Assembly (NCBI GenBank): GCA_973895155.1 | Contig: OZ316892.1 | Location: 22,979,168-23,043,167 of the forward strand | Reading direction: 5' to 3' | Source of the DNA: Marsupella aquatica | Lineage: Eukaryota; Plantae; Marchantiophyta | Length of the DNA: 64,000 nucleotides | In this document: one piece after another, positions 1 through 12,500 of the stretch | Numbering within the stretch: the first letter of the stretch is position 1 | Layout: each line of letters opens with the position of its first letter | Notes under the pieces: generated by a model | What the model was told of the DNA's origin: nothing | Databases searched by the model: none | Seen by the model: only the letters and a program-made list of their open reading frames with translations | Program-made: the position numbers and the translations under genes

Positions 1-660
1 CACGACATATTTTTTGTTATATCAAACACACTCTTGATTACGGCATGCTTCATCCCCGTGGAATCAGTCTTAATTTAATTGGTTTTACTGATGCTGACTG
101 GGCAGCTTGCCCATCTACTTGCCAATCTGTTGGTGGCTACATTTTTTAGATTCGAGGTAGTCCAGTTGCCTGGAACAACATGCGGGCTACCACTTCCCGA
201 TCTTCCACTGAAGTCTGAATGTATGTCATTATCTAATGGTGCTCAGGAAGCTGTATATCTCAATGCATGAACTACAACTCATTCCGGATGGTCAAATCCC
301 TCTTTACAAGGATTCTATCTTCCCAATTCCTCCCTTCAGATTTTCTGTGACAATCAAGGTGCTATTAAATTAGCCAAGAATCCTGTTTTTCGGGCCCGCA
401 CTAAACACATTGAGATCCATCATCACTTCATTCACGAGTAAGTTTTGGAGGGGGAGATTCAACTACAGTATGTATCCACTGAAGAGCACTGAAGAGCAGC
501 CATCCATCATCACTTCATTCACGAGTAAGTTTTGGAGGGGGAGATTCAACTACAGTATGTATCCACTGAAGAGCAGCCTGCCGACATACTGACCAAAGCT
601 CTCTCATGACCCAAATTTGAGAGACATCAGGCAGACATTGGCATAGTTGACTTATCCTGA
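1..660 (+). mobile_element. Ty1/copia retrotransposon pol 3' remnant (RT C-terminus/RNase H), pseudogenised
   Basis: Translates to GFTDADWAAC..., [31 protein letters not shown] and YVSTEEQPADILTKAL, the standard copia RNase H motifs. Interrupted by stops, frameshifts and an internal duplication. Confidence 0.93.
415..575 (+). repeat. Near-tandem duplication (~74 bp unit, 87 bp period) inside copia RNase H
   Basis: ATCCATCATCACTTC...CCACTGAAGAGCA occurs at 415 and 502. Confidence 0.9.
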
Positions 661-708
661 CTTATCCTGCAATCGGCAGAATCCTTCAGTTGGTTTACAA
701 TTTTGATT

Positions 709-990
709 AGGGAACTAGGGGGAACTAGGGGGGAGTGTCAAAATTAGTTATGTTCCTTAATCAAGATGATCAACCGCCATTAGATGTACATGAATGAAAT
801 CCGGATATTGCACGAGCATATGTAAACTTTGTAGTATGTAAATGAGGCTGATCAGCCAACATGATATTTAGGGATCTCTTCTGATCCATTCATTCTTTCC
901 AGGTCTCCCTTCCTCGGACCTTCCCAGGGAGCTCTCCTGTGACTATTTATTTTGGAGACCACCGTCCACTATTGTATTGGATTTTTATCG
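709..990 (+). mobile_element. Polypurine tract and probable start of the copia 3' LTR
   Basis: Purine run AGGGGGGAG immediately followed by TG (736) just downstream of RNase H. The LTR end is uncertain; TTTTATCG at ~990 resembles a mutated ...TATCA end. Confidence 0.55.
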
Positions 991-1812
991 TTAGTAAAAT
1001 GGAATTTCTTCAAATGGCAGGGTGAGAACAGAGCCTTCAAAATCACATGTACTCAACGAAGCAGCAAACTTCAGCACAACACAAGAATATGGGATATTAC
1101 TTAAAAATATTAATGAGAAATCATAAGATCAACATCCTGCTGTAGAATTACTCACACTTACTTCACCTCTCATTCAGGACTTTGTATCATGAACTTCATG
1201 TTTTAGGTAGCAGAGAGTCTTTCAATCGTATGACAAAATGTGACAAAATGTGACAAAAAAACATATCTTCCAAGAGAACCTTGCTGAGAAATCCACCATG
1301 AACAGATCCATCCCGACACCAGAAACAGAACGGCGGAACGGTGGCAATATTCAATCCCACAAGACAGTCGAGCGTTGAAACGTTAAGAATGTTTTTGGAA
1401 ATTCCCTGATGTTCGTTGAACAGATATGCTACAGCAACCTCTACAAAATCTAGAGGCATCTCTCAGAACAGGAGAAATTACTAATCATTGAATGCTAGAG
1501 AGGGTGGTCAGTAGTTGGCGACAATACCACAACTAACCTGCCTAACAGCCTCCATCCAGATCAAAGCCAATTCGATCGATACAGCAGGCCAATTCGATCG
1601 ATACAGCCACGGATTGCCATCCAAGTATCACCATCCTCACTCACAAAAGTAACTCCTCATGCGCTAAATGTGAATTCGTCCATATAGAGTACATACACAG
1701 ACCTATAGAAAAGTCAGTCGAGCTCTCTCATTCTCTTCCTTTTGCTTGGGCTCTGCACAAAAATCTACACATTGCATTGCCGGATATTTCATTGCTCCTG
1801 TAGTGCATCTAT

Positions 1813-2833
1813 TCACCGTCTCTTGACGGGATCGAAAGTAGAAACTCCTGCGATGGCTACGCCGATAGCGGAGAGGACGACTCCTCCAGCCACTACGCTC
1901 AAGAGCAAGTTCTTCAGAGACGGAGAAACTCCGGGGGAAGCGGCTTCAGCGATTTCGGGGACAACGGCGGCGGCAAGCAAGGCGATGCTGGTGAGGCCGG
2001 CCATGTTCACTTCCTTTTGTGGAGCAGCACTGCGCACAATCAGTTGGAGACAGGGAGAACTAAGTACACGAACGCAACGGATCATTCATTCCACCGAGCC
2101 CAATACAATATTCATGACACCGATAATTTAGAACAGAATGCCCATGTTACTTGGCCTTCATCCTCTAACGGATGGCACAACCATCATAACGTCATTAGAT
2201 GTCGAAGCTGTGCAAATGTGTACCTAAAGAAATAAAGAGGGCAGAGTGCTGTGATTATTGACTATTCCAACGCGTCCAGTTCATTCATTTCCCAAACCAC
2301 CCCAATTCATGCAAAGCAGACCATCTGGTTTCACGTCGGGCCATCCCAAAAGGGAAATGAAAGTCCTCAACAATATGATCATTAAACGTTGACGATTAAA
2401 AGATGTGGACACAGAAAGGACTTGGATGTGGCCATCTAGAGTGACTATGGCCCTCTTACAGAAGAAAGAAACGACCTACTCCAACAACGATCACAGAACA
2501 GTGACAACTTCAAAACTGTGGACACAGACGGACGAAAACAAGTACCCGACCAGACTTCACTCCAGCACCTCCGAACAGAGAGGATTCAGAGCCCCATCCG
2601 AGCGCAATCACGAGAACTTTGACAGTCCCAAAAACACGGACACGGAAACTTTGCAGCCTGACAAAGGATTCATACCTCATCACAACCCGGCTCCTGTTGC
2701 AGACGAGCTTCGACGAGGCCCGCTTGGGAGCACCCAGAGCAGCGCTCTGACGGGACAGCACTTGGGACTCTCCAATCTGAGCGACGGCCACGGGGGCCGC
2801 CACGCTCACGGTCGCCACTGTTGCGCAAGCCAT
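1813..2833 (-). CDS. psbX: Photosystem II subunit X precursor, 2 exons (2833-2676, 2029-1813), 124 aa
   Basis: Exon 1 encodes a transit peptide [14 protein letters not shown]...RSRVVM, joined by a GT-AG intron in frame to SAAPQKEV...[26 protein letters not shown]...[10 protein letters not shown]. This is the typical nuclear PsbX with an AEA thylakoid signal cleavage site. Confidence 0.95.
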
Positions 2834-3225
2834 CGTAAAATTTACACAATCAATCAATCAATCACTCACTCACTCAATCGAACGAGCTGCAAATTGCTTC
2901 TCCTGAGCAAGCTCGACGTGCAAATCAATGGAGATCAATGGAGAACAACGGAGAACAATGGAGACGATTGTCCGAGGTGCGGGGATGAGCTGCGAAGTGG
3001 GTGAGAGTCGGAATGCGCGAGAGTGGGTGAGTGAGGGATTGGAATCAGCGGGCGCATGAGATAGGGGAGTGAAAGAATGGGAAAAGGCGGAGAAAAGGGT
3101 GGGCGAATGAGTGGCTGGCTATGGCGGATCACCACCAACCATTTCTCACACGAGGGATCGCATCGGATTTTCTCCGCAGGCAAACGGACCGGAGATACTG
3201 CGGCCCCTTATCCACTACGGTACTG

Positions 3226-4418
3226 TACAGTCAGCTCGCTGTAACTGCAAACCCTGTCTAATTGCAAGGTATCCTGTTCTCCCCTTTTTTCCCCATCATG
3301 TGCACCTTTTGAATATACAGAAAGCCCTCTATAAGTGGAACTTGGACTTGGATAAGTGCATTACGTGGATTAGTGTAGGAGAACAATGTTTTCCCCTAGT
3401 ATTAGAGTGAAATCTTGGAAATTATGGATGATGGCAAAACAAAACTTCATTTCTTTTTTCACAAGATTGTATAAAAATTTAAAAAATAAAATTCTTTCAC
3501 TAGTCTAGAGTGACTAATGGTTATGGCACTTACACCAATACTTATGCCAAAAAGTTATGTACTATGAATTCTATAATTTATATATTTTTGTGCCCATAAT
3601 CTATAACTAGAGAGTTAAGGTCCATCTAATTATGAGTTTTGAGACTTTGTAAATTATCTTTGTAAATGAGGCAAAACTGCAGTTGCAGGATAACTCTCAC
3701 TAAAGAACCCAATATTGGCCGTAAACAACAAATCATAAGTGCATTTTTGTTTATAAATATATGCATGGATTTATCAGTGACTGCAATGCATAAATAAGAG
3801 GAATTTATTATGAGTACAACAAACAACTACATGAAGTATAGTCAGCTTGTTATTAGTGCAAACCCTGGATAATTGCAAAAATATCCAATTCTTCCCTTTG
3901 TTCCCCACCATTTTGTACTTTTTTAATTTAGAGTAAATAGTGTATAAGTGCATTCCATGGATTAGTGCAGGCCAACCAGATTGTCCCCTGATACTACAAA
4001 AGTTTTCTTTGTAAGTGGAGAAAAAATGCAGTTTGCATAAGTGCAGATAAACCCTCACTAAAAGTCAAAATTTGACACTAAACAACTAATACATAGTATA
4101 CACATGCATTTATCAGTCATGCATACATAAGAAGAATTTATTGATAAGTGCAGCAAACAACTACACAAAGTAGTTTGATGCACTTATCCAATTGAAATGT
4201 GCAACATGAGAGCTTGGGTATGAGGAGTCCGACACATGTGATCCAAAAACACAACAGGGAAGTGCATAAGTGATTTCCACTTATGAGATGAGCAGACCCT
4301 GCACATGTGGACAAGTGCATAAATGATGTCCCATGCACTTATAGCATAGTTCATTCCGTGGACAAGTGCTGACTGGTAGTGTCTTTGTTGAACCTGCACT
4401 TAGACATGGTTCACTGTA
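3226..4418. mobile_element. Nested pair of Tc1/mariner(pogo)-like non-autonomous elements
   Basis: Starts TA|CAGTCAGC...TAACTGCA (3226) and ends TGCACTTAGACATGGTTCACTG|TA (4418). A second degenerate left end TA|TAGTCAGC occurs at 3837, and 3250-3835 is duplicated in 3860-4170. Homologous in reverse orientation to 54757-55500. Confidence 0.6.
3504..3630 (+). repeat. Dispersed AT-rich repeat, copy 1 (second copy at 23520-23640)
   Basis: CTAGAGTGACTAATGGTTATGGCAC...AGTTAAGGTCCAT aligns with CTATAGTGACTAATGGTCATGAC...AGTTAAGGTCCAT. Confidence 0.75.
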
Positions 4419-4686
4419 GCAATGTCTTGAAAATCTGCTTTCACTGGAGTTTAGAGGGGTTATGTACCGAAGAAGCCAGAAGTAGACACTTTAACCACAG
4501 CTGCCATGGTGAACAGCGTTGCCCCTAAATAGCCACTGTTCCTTTGCCTAGCTGAAGAGTAGGCCTATCATTGCAGGCTCTTCCACATACTTCTCATCAT
4601 ATGACCCTCATACCCTAAAAATGGTTTTGAGTGATTCTTAAAAACTATGAGCTATTTGAAGATTTGGGTCTGAGCTATAGATTCCG

Positions 4687-4707
4687 CCCCCCCCCCCCCC
4701 CCCCCCC
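4687..4707. repeat. Poly-C tract (21 nt)
   Basis: Direct observation. A second C14 tract lies at 54210-54223. Confidence 0.95.
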
Positions 4708-5604
4708 AACTAATGAGATGCCAGTGATACTCGAAACTTCCTAAAAACACGATATGCTTCGTCATATACACCACTGTAACATGATCAGACTAACATAAAA
4801 ACAAAGATTATTATTAAAAGTTTTGGGCTTCTATTGACAAAATTAAGACATGTTTTAGAATATTCCAAGCATTTTCATCTAAACATTGATTTATCAATTT
4901 ATACAATAGTTTTAAAGTTAAAAAATTAAATCTAGACTACTTGTTTTTGGCACGTCTACACTTTAATCTGAAAGCAAGAAATTCAACTTTTGCCCCCTTA
5001 CAAAGAATAATAGCCCCTCAAAACTAGATCTCCTGCCTCATGAAGCCCTCATGCCCAGAGTGCCCTGTTCACAAGAAGTTACTATATACTTAGAGTAGAT
5101 ATACATCATAATGCCAACGGACAAAAATTAATGCCAAACCCGGAGACAAATTCCCAAAGGCAAAGCAACCCAATAAAGGGAGGGAAGAGGAAGGGGAAAA
5201 GGCCTCAAGAAGACCAAAGAGGTCTAACAAGCCAAGTAGTCCCCCACAACAACAAAGGAACAGAGAGAAAAACAAAGAACCCATTAAGTAGCCAAGAATA
5301 CTTAGTAACACTTTACTGGGCGGAGAACTGAAAAGTCTGATAAAGCTTTGGAGTCCCATGGAGGGTCACAAAGTAGAATCTGTCAAGAAGCGGCAAAACC
5401 AACTGCCTCCGGTCTACAAAAGGACAGTGAAAGCCTGAGCCCTCTTAAGTGCAACGGACACCCTCTGGACCACAATTGCCCCTTCAAGGGCTACGGGTTA
5501 TCCATAGGACTCAAATTTCACAATTAAGAGCAAATTCTTCCCAACATTGTGGAGCAGACTGGCACCTTAGAGGAAAGAAGTGAGTGGTGGAAAAAGAGAG
5601 ACAA

Positions 5605-6632
5605 CTGGGACACTTCCTCCTTACATATGGGTCGTTGTGGTTTAAAAATGCGCGGTGAGGACAGATAAGGGGGATAAGGGACAGCTGCAGGTCAAATTGG
5701 CAAAGGGCCCAAAGGTATATTTCCCTACACCTACTGAACTGAGCGTTATGGGGAAACATATATTGATGAGCACGTAAGGGTAGTTGTGGTTTAAACCACT
5801 CTCCACCAGGTTTGGGGAGGAGAAAAAAGTAATCTTCATTACTGTTGTTTTCAGAACATCATTCACTCATTTTAGTAACCTGGATCCACCAGGTTTTGCT
5901 TCGGGGACAGGGAATTTAAAAAGCACAGTGAGGACAGATAAGGGGGATAAGGGACACTTCCCACTTACACATGGGTAGTAAAGTTGTGGTTTAGATCACA
6001 CCACTGGCCATATAAAAGGAGAAGTGTCCAAGAGTTCTCCCTTTTTCACATTCCTTTCCTCTACCACGATACTTTGCTCCAGAATTTCAGGAAAAAATAC
6101 TAAAAGTGGTGAAATCTTTGGAACCAGGTTTTTGTCATGGCTAGTGGCTCTTTAAGAGGAGCAGTAGGACAGATAAGGGGGATAAGGGACACTTCCCCCT
6201 TATACATGGGTAGTTTGTGGTGTAAGAGGCGCAGGGTATGACAGATACGGGGGATAAGGGACACTTCCCCTTATATATGGGTAGTTGTGGTTCAAAAGTA
6301 GAGGGACAGATAAGTGGGATAAGGGACACTTCCCCCTTATATATGGGTAGTTGTGGTTTAAAAGACAGGGTGCTGATCCATAAGGGGGATAGTGCCTCCC
6401 CTCAATACAACAAAAAAAACCTCACATGCCAGGAAAGGACAGTTAAGGGGGATAAGGGACACTTCCCCTTTATATATGGGTAGTTGTGGTTTAAAAGACT
6501 AGGGACAAATAAGGGGGATAAGGGACACTTCCCCCTTATATATGGGTAGTTGTGGTTAGGACGCAGTTAGGACTAGCAAGGGGGATAATGCCTCCCCTCA
6601 ATACAAAACAAAAAAAAGTCACAAGCCAGCAA
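5605..6632 (+). repeat. Cluster of ~55-65 bp imperfect tandem repeats
   Basis: GGACAGATAAGGGGGATAAGGGACACTTCCCCCTTATATATGGGTAGTTGTGGTT at ~5658 (partial), 5931, 6166, 6240, 6304, 6436 and 6502. A second module (AAGGGGGATA.TGCCTCCCCTCAATACAA..A-rich) occurs at ~6382 and ~6579. Confidence 0.92.
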
Positions 6633-6899
6633 GCTGTCAAAGGTAGGGTGGAGAGCGCCAGTCTGCTGTTCTTGGGCACACTGCTTTGTTTTGGCCGACT
6701 TTGTTAGTTTGTTTGGTTAGCCCACTGTTAGCGTGGTGAATGGAACAACTACAGTACTTTTGTATGGCGGAGTCCATAATGATGATTGTAAATAATAAAA
6801 GCGCAAGCTACAGCGCAAAAGAGGAGAAGTGGAAAGGCAGTCACGAAGCGATGTCATTCTATTGGAGGTGGCTGGGCCCGAGGGTGAGGACACAATCCA

Positions 6900-8520
6900 G
6901 ACTCCATCCAATCCAATCTCTTTGCCTACAAGTTGCCTACAAGTTGATCATAAAGCGCAGGAGTACAGCGCAATTCACAGAGCGAGATCCCATGTTTGGA
7001 AGGCTGTAGCTGATGTGCAGAGAAGGGCTGAGCTGAGCTCACCGGCTCTTGGCCCACCAGCTTAGTCCACCACTCACCGATGTGGCGTTTGGGTGATCGA
7101 TCTACTCAATTGGAAGAGGTGCTCACATGAAAAGGTAAGGTAACTCGGCTCAGCTCTCCACTATAGACGTGTTCTGATCGAATGGGCGTCCCTGGACAAA
7201 ATCAGTCCATGTCACCGGAATGCAAAGCTTTAGAGGGAGCAATGTGGTGGGCCAGGGAATGGTGCTCTCATGCACAGAATTGGGAACGAATTCATGGGTG
7301 CAACATGGCTCGTCGGTAGTTAAGCTCTTTGAGGGCCATACCTTTCAATCCACGAGCTGGGTGGATGGACATTGTTGGGAAACTGAACTCCAGATGAATG
7401 TCAGCGCAATTCCACACATGCTCCTTTGGGAAAGGTGCACTGCTGTTTTGCACGACGCACTTTGTCAAGGTCACATGTAGAGGTCTTCGATCGATTCGAG
7501 GAGTCTTTCGAACAGGAAAATTTTTGAAACGAATCATGTTAGTCGTTATGTTGTGATGAGCCCAGGAAGTGGGCTGTGGACACAACTTTCCTGCCCACCT
7601 CAGCCTGATTCCTGCTTCAAACACAAACCATTAGCCGTGTATTTGAGAAAAGAAAATGGGATGGTTGTCCAGGTTGTTTGGCATCGTGCCTGGGAAGGTG
7701 GAATTTCCAGTTGTTGCATTGTACAAGCTTACGCTGTTGGCCTCACATTAGGAATCGCATCGTGTCATTGGCCCTGGAGTGTGTGGGTACATTATATAAG
7801 GGAAGCCTAGTTAGATATCAGGCACACTGACGATACCAGATTTGGCCGTGAGCTCAAGTCATGGGTTGTCTCTGCAGAACTCAGGAACTCGTGGAAAGAC
7901 TGTCCACAAGAATCGTTGGAAATGCTAGATCGTGTGGGATTTGGCTTGACATTTTCAACTTTTCGACTGCAGAGGAATTTCTAGGAGGAGGCTCATTACC
8001 CGTCTCTGCCCAGTTGTGAGTGTAATGAGTTGGCCGGGTCACACGTAGTGAAGACCTTGTCACTTGGACCGATAGAATGCAGGATTGACGTTTTCATTTA
8101 CTCATTCATCTTACAGGTCAGTTCATCAGATTGTTTGTTCAGTTGTTCTCAGACTTCTTGTCCACTCAACTCCCTGGTGTTCCTCAAGTTCTGGTTCCTC
8201 CATTAACGACTCTCCACCTTACAGTTTGTTTCCCCACACTGAAGGAAATAATTTGGGCAACATTTTGAAGGAAGGTTCAAATACATTATTGTTTCATGCA
8301 TAATTTAAGACATGGATCCTCTCGAGGGCAAGGGTTGGTTCTTAAGCACTGCATTCCTTACAAACTTGGGAGATACCCTTGACAATGTTAAAAGTCCACA
8401 CATGGGAATGGAGCAAGCAGTCAAAAGTCAAGCAATCACGGTGATTCAACTAACAATCTCCACAAGAGGCGCTGCATTTTCCATTGTAACCGGTACCCAG
8501 AAAAACTGCTCTATATAATA
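6900..8520 (-). pseudogene. Possible decayed coding sequence of unknown family (TE-associated?)
   Basis: 110-aa ORF at 7292-7624 plus neighbouring minus-strand frames with sparse TGA/TAA stops. No recognisable motif. Confidence 0.25.
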
Positions 8521-9512
8521 CAAGGCCAAGTAATATGATTTGTCTTCGTTGCATTCTATTTGCTCTATTTCAGACTCACCACAGATGCTCACTAACCTGG
8601 CTAAGCTACGCAGGTTTTCTCAAATATATGCATGGTTGTGTAGATTACACGACAGACGCCAGGGTGGTCACAGTTGGCAACCTCCCCCACCCTGCTACCC
8701 GTCTTCTGGAAGTTACAATCTCCAGAATCTGAATCCTAAACGTGACCCCTGTGCCACAAGAACGACACGAAACTTTTAAGAAACTGTCACGCAGCATTCA
8801 CTGCAAGTGCTTGAAAAAGAACCACCCATTTCAGATCAATTCCTCAAACCCACGTCATCAGACATCTTGCCCCGGCTGACTCATGCGAAGATCTCCTAAC
8901 ATCACCCTGGAATGGAGCCTCACGTAGATGTCACCTTTCAAACCAAACATCGAGGGCACTCAACTGAAATCAAGCCAGAAAGGTACCAAAATCTTACAAT
9001 ACAGATCCATTGACTCGCTAGGTTGGTGTACAAATGTAACGAATGGGCCATTGAGGGGTGCCGAATTTCAAAAACTCTTTTATACACATCAACCACAGGT
9101 CCTGCGACCAACTTCGCAGAAGTTTGCCACCAAATTCATGTTCCTGAGCTGTTCTTTGCGATCAATATCTGCGAAACAGACTGCACGAGCATTGAAATTT
9201 AATTGAACAGCACATGCTACAGCAAGATGTTAGTTGTCGGGTCACCAATTTCTGTAAACAATACATAACAATCTTCACTATTCTCGTTGACACCTCGACG
9301 CCAAATTCAAAAAGGTTCCCTAGTTCCCAACAACGACGGCTCCATGGTCAAGAACTTCAGTTCGAACAAACAAAAGGTATTTCTGGTCCTCCGACTGAGT
9401 TGATACACCTAAGTTACGGATGATGTAGATGAGCGAGCAGCTCGCCTGTTACGTCGGCAGTACATTAGTGAGGTTCAAAAAGATGGTGCTTCTCATCGGT
9501 AAGTAAGAATGT

Positions 9513-12500
9513 TCAATGAAACGAAGAGCTTACCCTACGAGACGGAAGAGCCTCATTGGGGACTGTACTCCGAATTGTTCTTGCAATAAACCGTGCAGCC
9601 AGCCTTCCTGCAAGCTCACTAGGCAGTAACAGTGCATTTCGTTGTGCAGAAAAAGACAGCTACAACAAAAACAATCACTGTGCGGGTTAGAATGAGGGAC
9701 AAGCTTCCTTCGCCCCTCCAGCAAAACTGTGATTATACCATCACCCATAGCACATATGGATAAAAGCAGCCACTAGCCGGATTCGATATTTAGATCAGAT
9801 GATCCCGTGCAACAATGCATCATATGTGACTGCTACAGTTTCGGCTGCCATTCTGGCTTTTCTCATGGGAATAAGCAGATGTAAAGTTTGAGATTGGATA
9901 GAGACGACACCTCAGGAAAAATTGACAGCAGAGGTAAATATTCAACCGAAGATCTCAAAGCTTGCAAGATAACTGATACGTCCGCTTGCACAGATGCCAT
10001 TCCGCGCTCCGTTCCGACTCCGTTTGAAATCCCATACAACTGTAGAACACCATGTAAGCCTTTCAAAGATTCTGATTATACTAGTGCGACGGATAATGTA
10101 GAGGTTAGATGCACCCGCTGTCTTTATGAGCCAAAATTCAGGAATTATTTTTCTAATCTTTTGTAGACCTCAAAATTCGAAACTGTTTTTCGGACCGTGA
10201 TCGAGTTCGCACTGAAAGCTAAACTACATTCTCTATTTGTCAGTATTTTATGCAAAATCATCTTTAAACGGGCACGAGAGGCACCAAATTTGAGTTTATA
10301 TATAGCCTTCCGTAGGTTCACCTCGGTAGAAGATTTGACGTCTGATGAGGCAGAGAGTAAGGAACTTAAACGTCGCAAATTGTCAAGGTTTTCAAAATCC
10401 TCTTCTTCTACGAATTGAGATGGGACCGGTAACGGAAACGGCAACAGTGATGACACAGTCTCAGCAGCGGCATCAAACACTGCCCGGTTAAACGCGTCAG
10501 CTCCCTGAATCAATACAAATAGAGGTGTCAGTTGGATTAATCTATCTCGATAGTGTCTCTAGAAGTTATCGGAGGACGCAAGCCACAAGTACAGTAGTTT
10601 ACGTCATGAAATGGGGTTAAATTTCCAAAGAATACTTGGTCACGGCAGCTCCCAAGAGCTTCAAGACAGTTTTACCTCCACCTCTCACCCAAGTAAGTAC
10701 TGTAGAGATAGGACAGGTGCTGAGGCTGTAAACGATTAACATATTTACTATTTTCACTGATGCGGCCATAGTAAAGGAAGGCTCTGGCCCACTACCATGT
10801 CGCGCCTTGGCCGTAAGGACAATTTATGACCATATTGAAAGGCATAACTTGAATTGACAACCGGAATTAAGTAATGATTAGACTCAAAACTAACTATGCT
10901 CGAGAAAGATATGGGCTACAACCTTTACTAGCTCGTTTAAGAGTATCTCTCGCACATATGCACCCTAGCAGGAGCCACAAAACAGAGTATTAGGAAATAT
11001 GAAAATTGAAGGAACTTGACGAGGTCACATGACAAACCTTTCAAAAAAAAATGTAAATAAACAACTCTCGGTAAGCACAAGCAAGAAATTCAACCTGGTC
11101 ACTGAGGCTGAAGTCTAGAACCCTTTTGACCAGAATTTTAGACTCCTCTGCATTAGCTGCGGCGCTGGCAGTAGGATCAGCTAGGGTATTCCGCATAGCC
11201 TGCAAGAACAACCGGCGCTTATGGTGACAACGACAGAACGATTTTGGACTGGTTCCAACATTCTGGGCAAATTTCACAAGTAGCTCCACAGACAGAAAAG
11301 TACGCAAGAACAGAGTGTAGTGCCCTGGAACGATATATTCGGAATCAAATTCCTTCGCTAGTATTGCACAGCATCTGGAGTCCGTGTGGGTAATAGAGAC
11401 CAACTGAACACCATGATTGCAATAAGAAAGATAAGCGGACGAATAAGGTCCAGAATACTAACCTCGTTCACTAATGACTCCAGTCGATCAATCCTAAAAG
11501 TGTTATCCTGTCAGGGAAACGAAGCAGGGTTAGAATACACGAACGTCGTAGCTCCCTTCAAGATAAACAGACTTGAAGGCACGAACCATAGTCCATTCCA
11601 GTCAACTTCTACTCATAAATGCCTGACAATCGTCTCCGACATTTCTTTGATCAAGTCGCGCGACGTTGGAGAGAATTGCTAACTGACTCGCTTGAAGGAA
11701 AGGACGAGAAACTAATATGTACTGTCTCATCATTCCAGCCGAAATTCAAATCTACAAATACGGTACCTTGTACAAGAGGGACCGTAAAGTTTCTCTGAGC
11801 TGTGGGGAGCTGTCTGTGAGAACTTTTCTTGCAATCCATGGGTAAGAACTACTCAGAACCTTGTAATCAGGGTCTGTACTGAGGGCTATGCCCTCCAATA
11901 CTGTTAAACTGACACATCCACACAAACATATAATTAAAGATGGTTTCTGTTGAAGATAACAAAACTCATAGACAGTATCATGATAGACCTTATGTCCTAG
12001 AAAGCAATTACGCAATCTTCGTTTGCATGGTTATCCCGGTACAACAACTACTTCCAACATTACCCTTGCTCAGCTGCACAATATTTGTAATATGACTTAC
12101 CTACGGACTACGAGCGAGAAGTAGGCTGGTAGTCGAAATTTGTACTCGTACCTGCATTGTAGACAAAATTAGTTTCTCGCCTGCACTGACAAAGAAAGGA
12201 TCTAACATTTAAACTGCTGAGGTTTTTATCTATTACCAAATGTCATACCACAGACCAAAAAATAATCATTGGAATCTCAACGTGCAGCTGATCATACATT
12301 GTGAGCCCAAGATTCTCAGACAGATCTCCAAAGCTTATATTGCGTACACCCTTGCTCACAGACTTTTCAAATACACCTGAGCACATATTCATACGATATC
12401 ATTCAAAAAAGGTGGTGTCTACAATGCAATGGCAATCAACTAGCGTCAACTTGCAAAAGCACACATATTGAACATCCGTCTGTTCCAGAATCTGAATTCA

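Noticed and set aside
2405-3004. 199-aa plus-strand ORF
   Set aside because: Antisense to psbX exon 1, intron and UTR, with a GTG start and no recognisable protein.
5090-5500. Possible LINE 3' end or hydrophobic ORF on the minus strand
   Set aside because: Only a compositional resemblance, with no RT motif, clear poly-A tail or target-site duplication.
5930-6560. CRISPR-like repeat/spacer pattern
   Set aside because: The repeat is ~55 bp with very short or irregular linkers and there are no cas genes.
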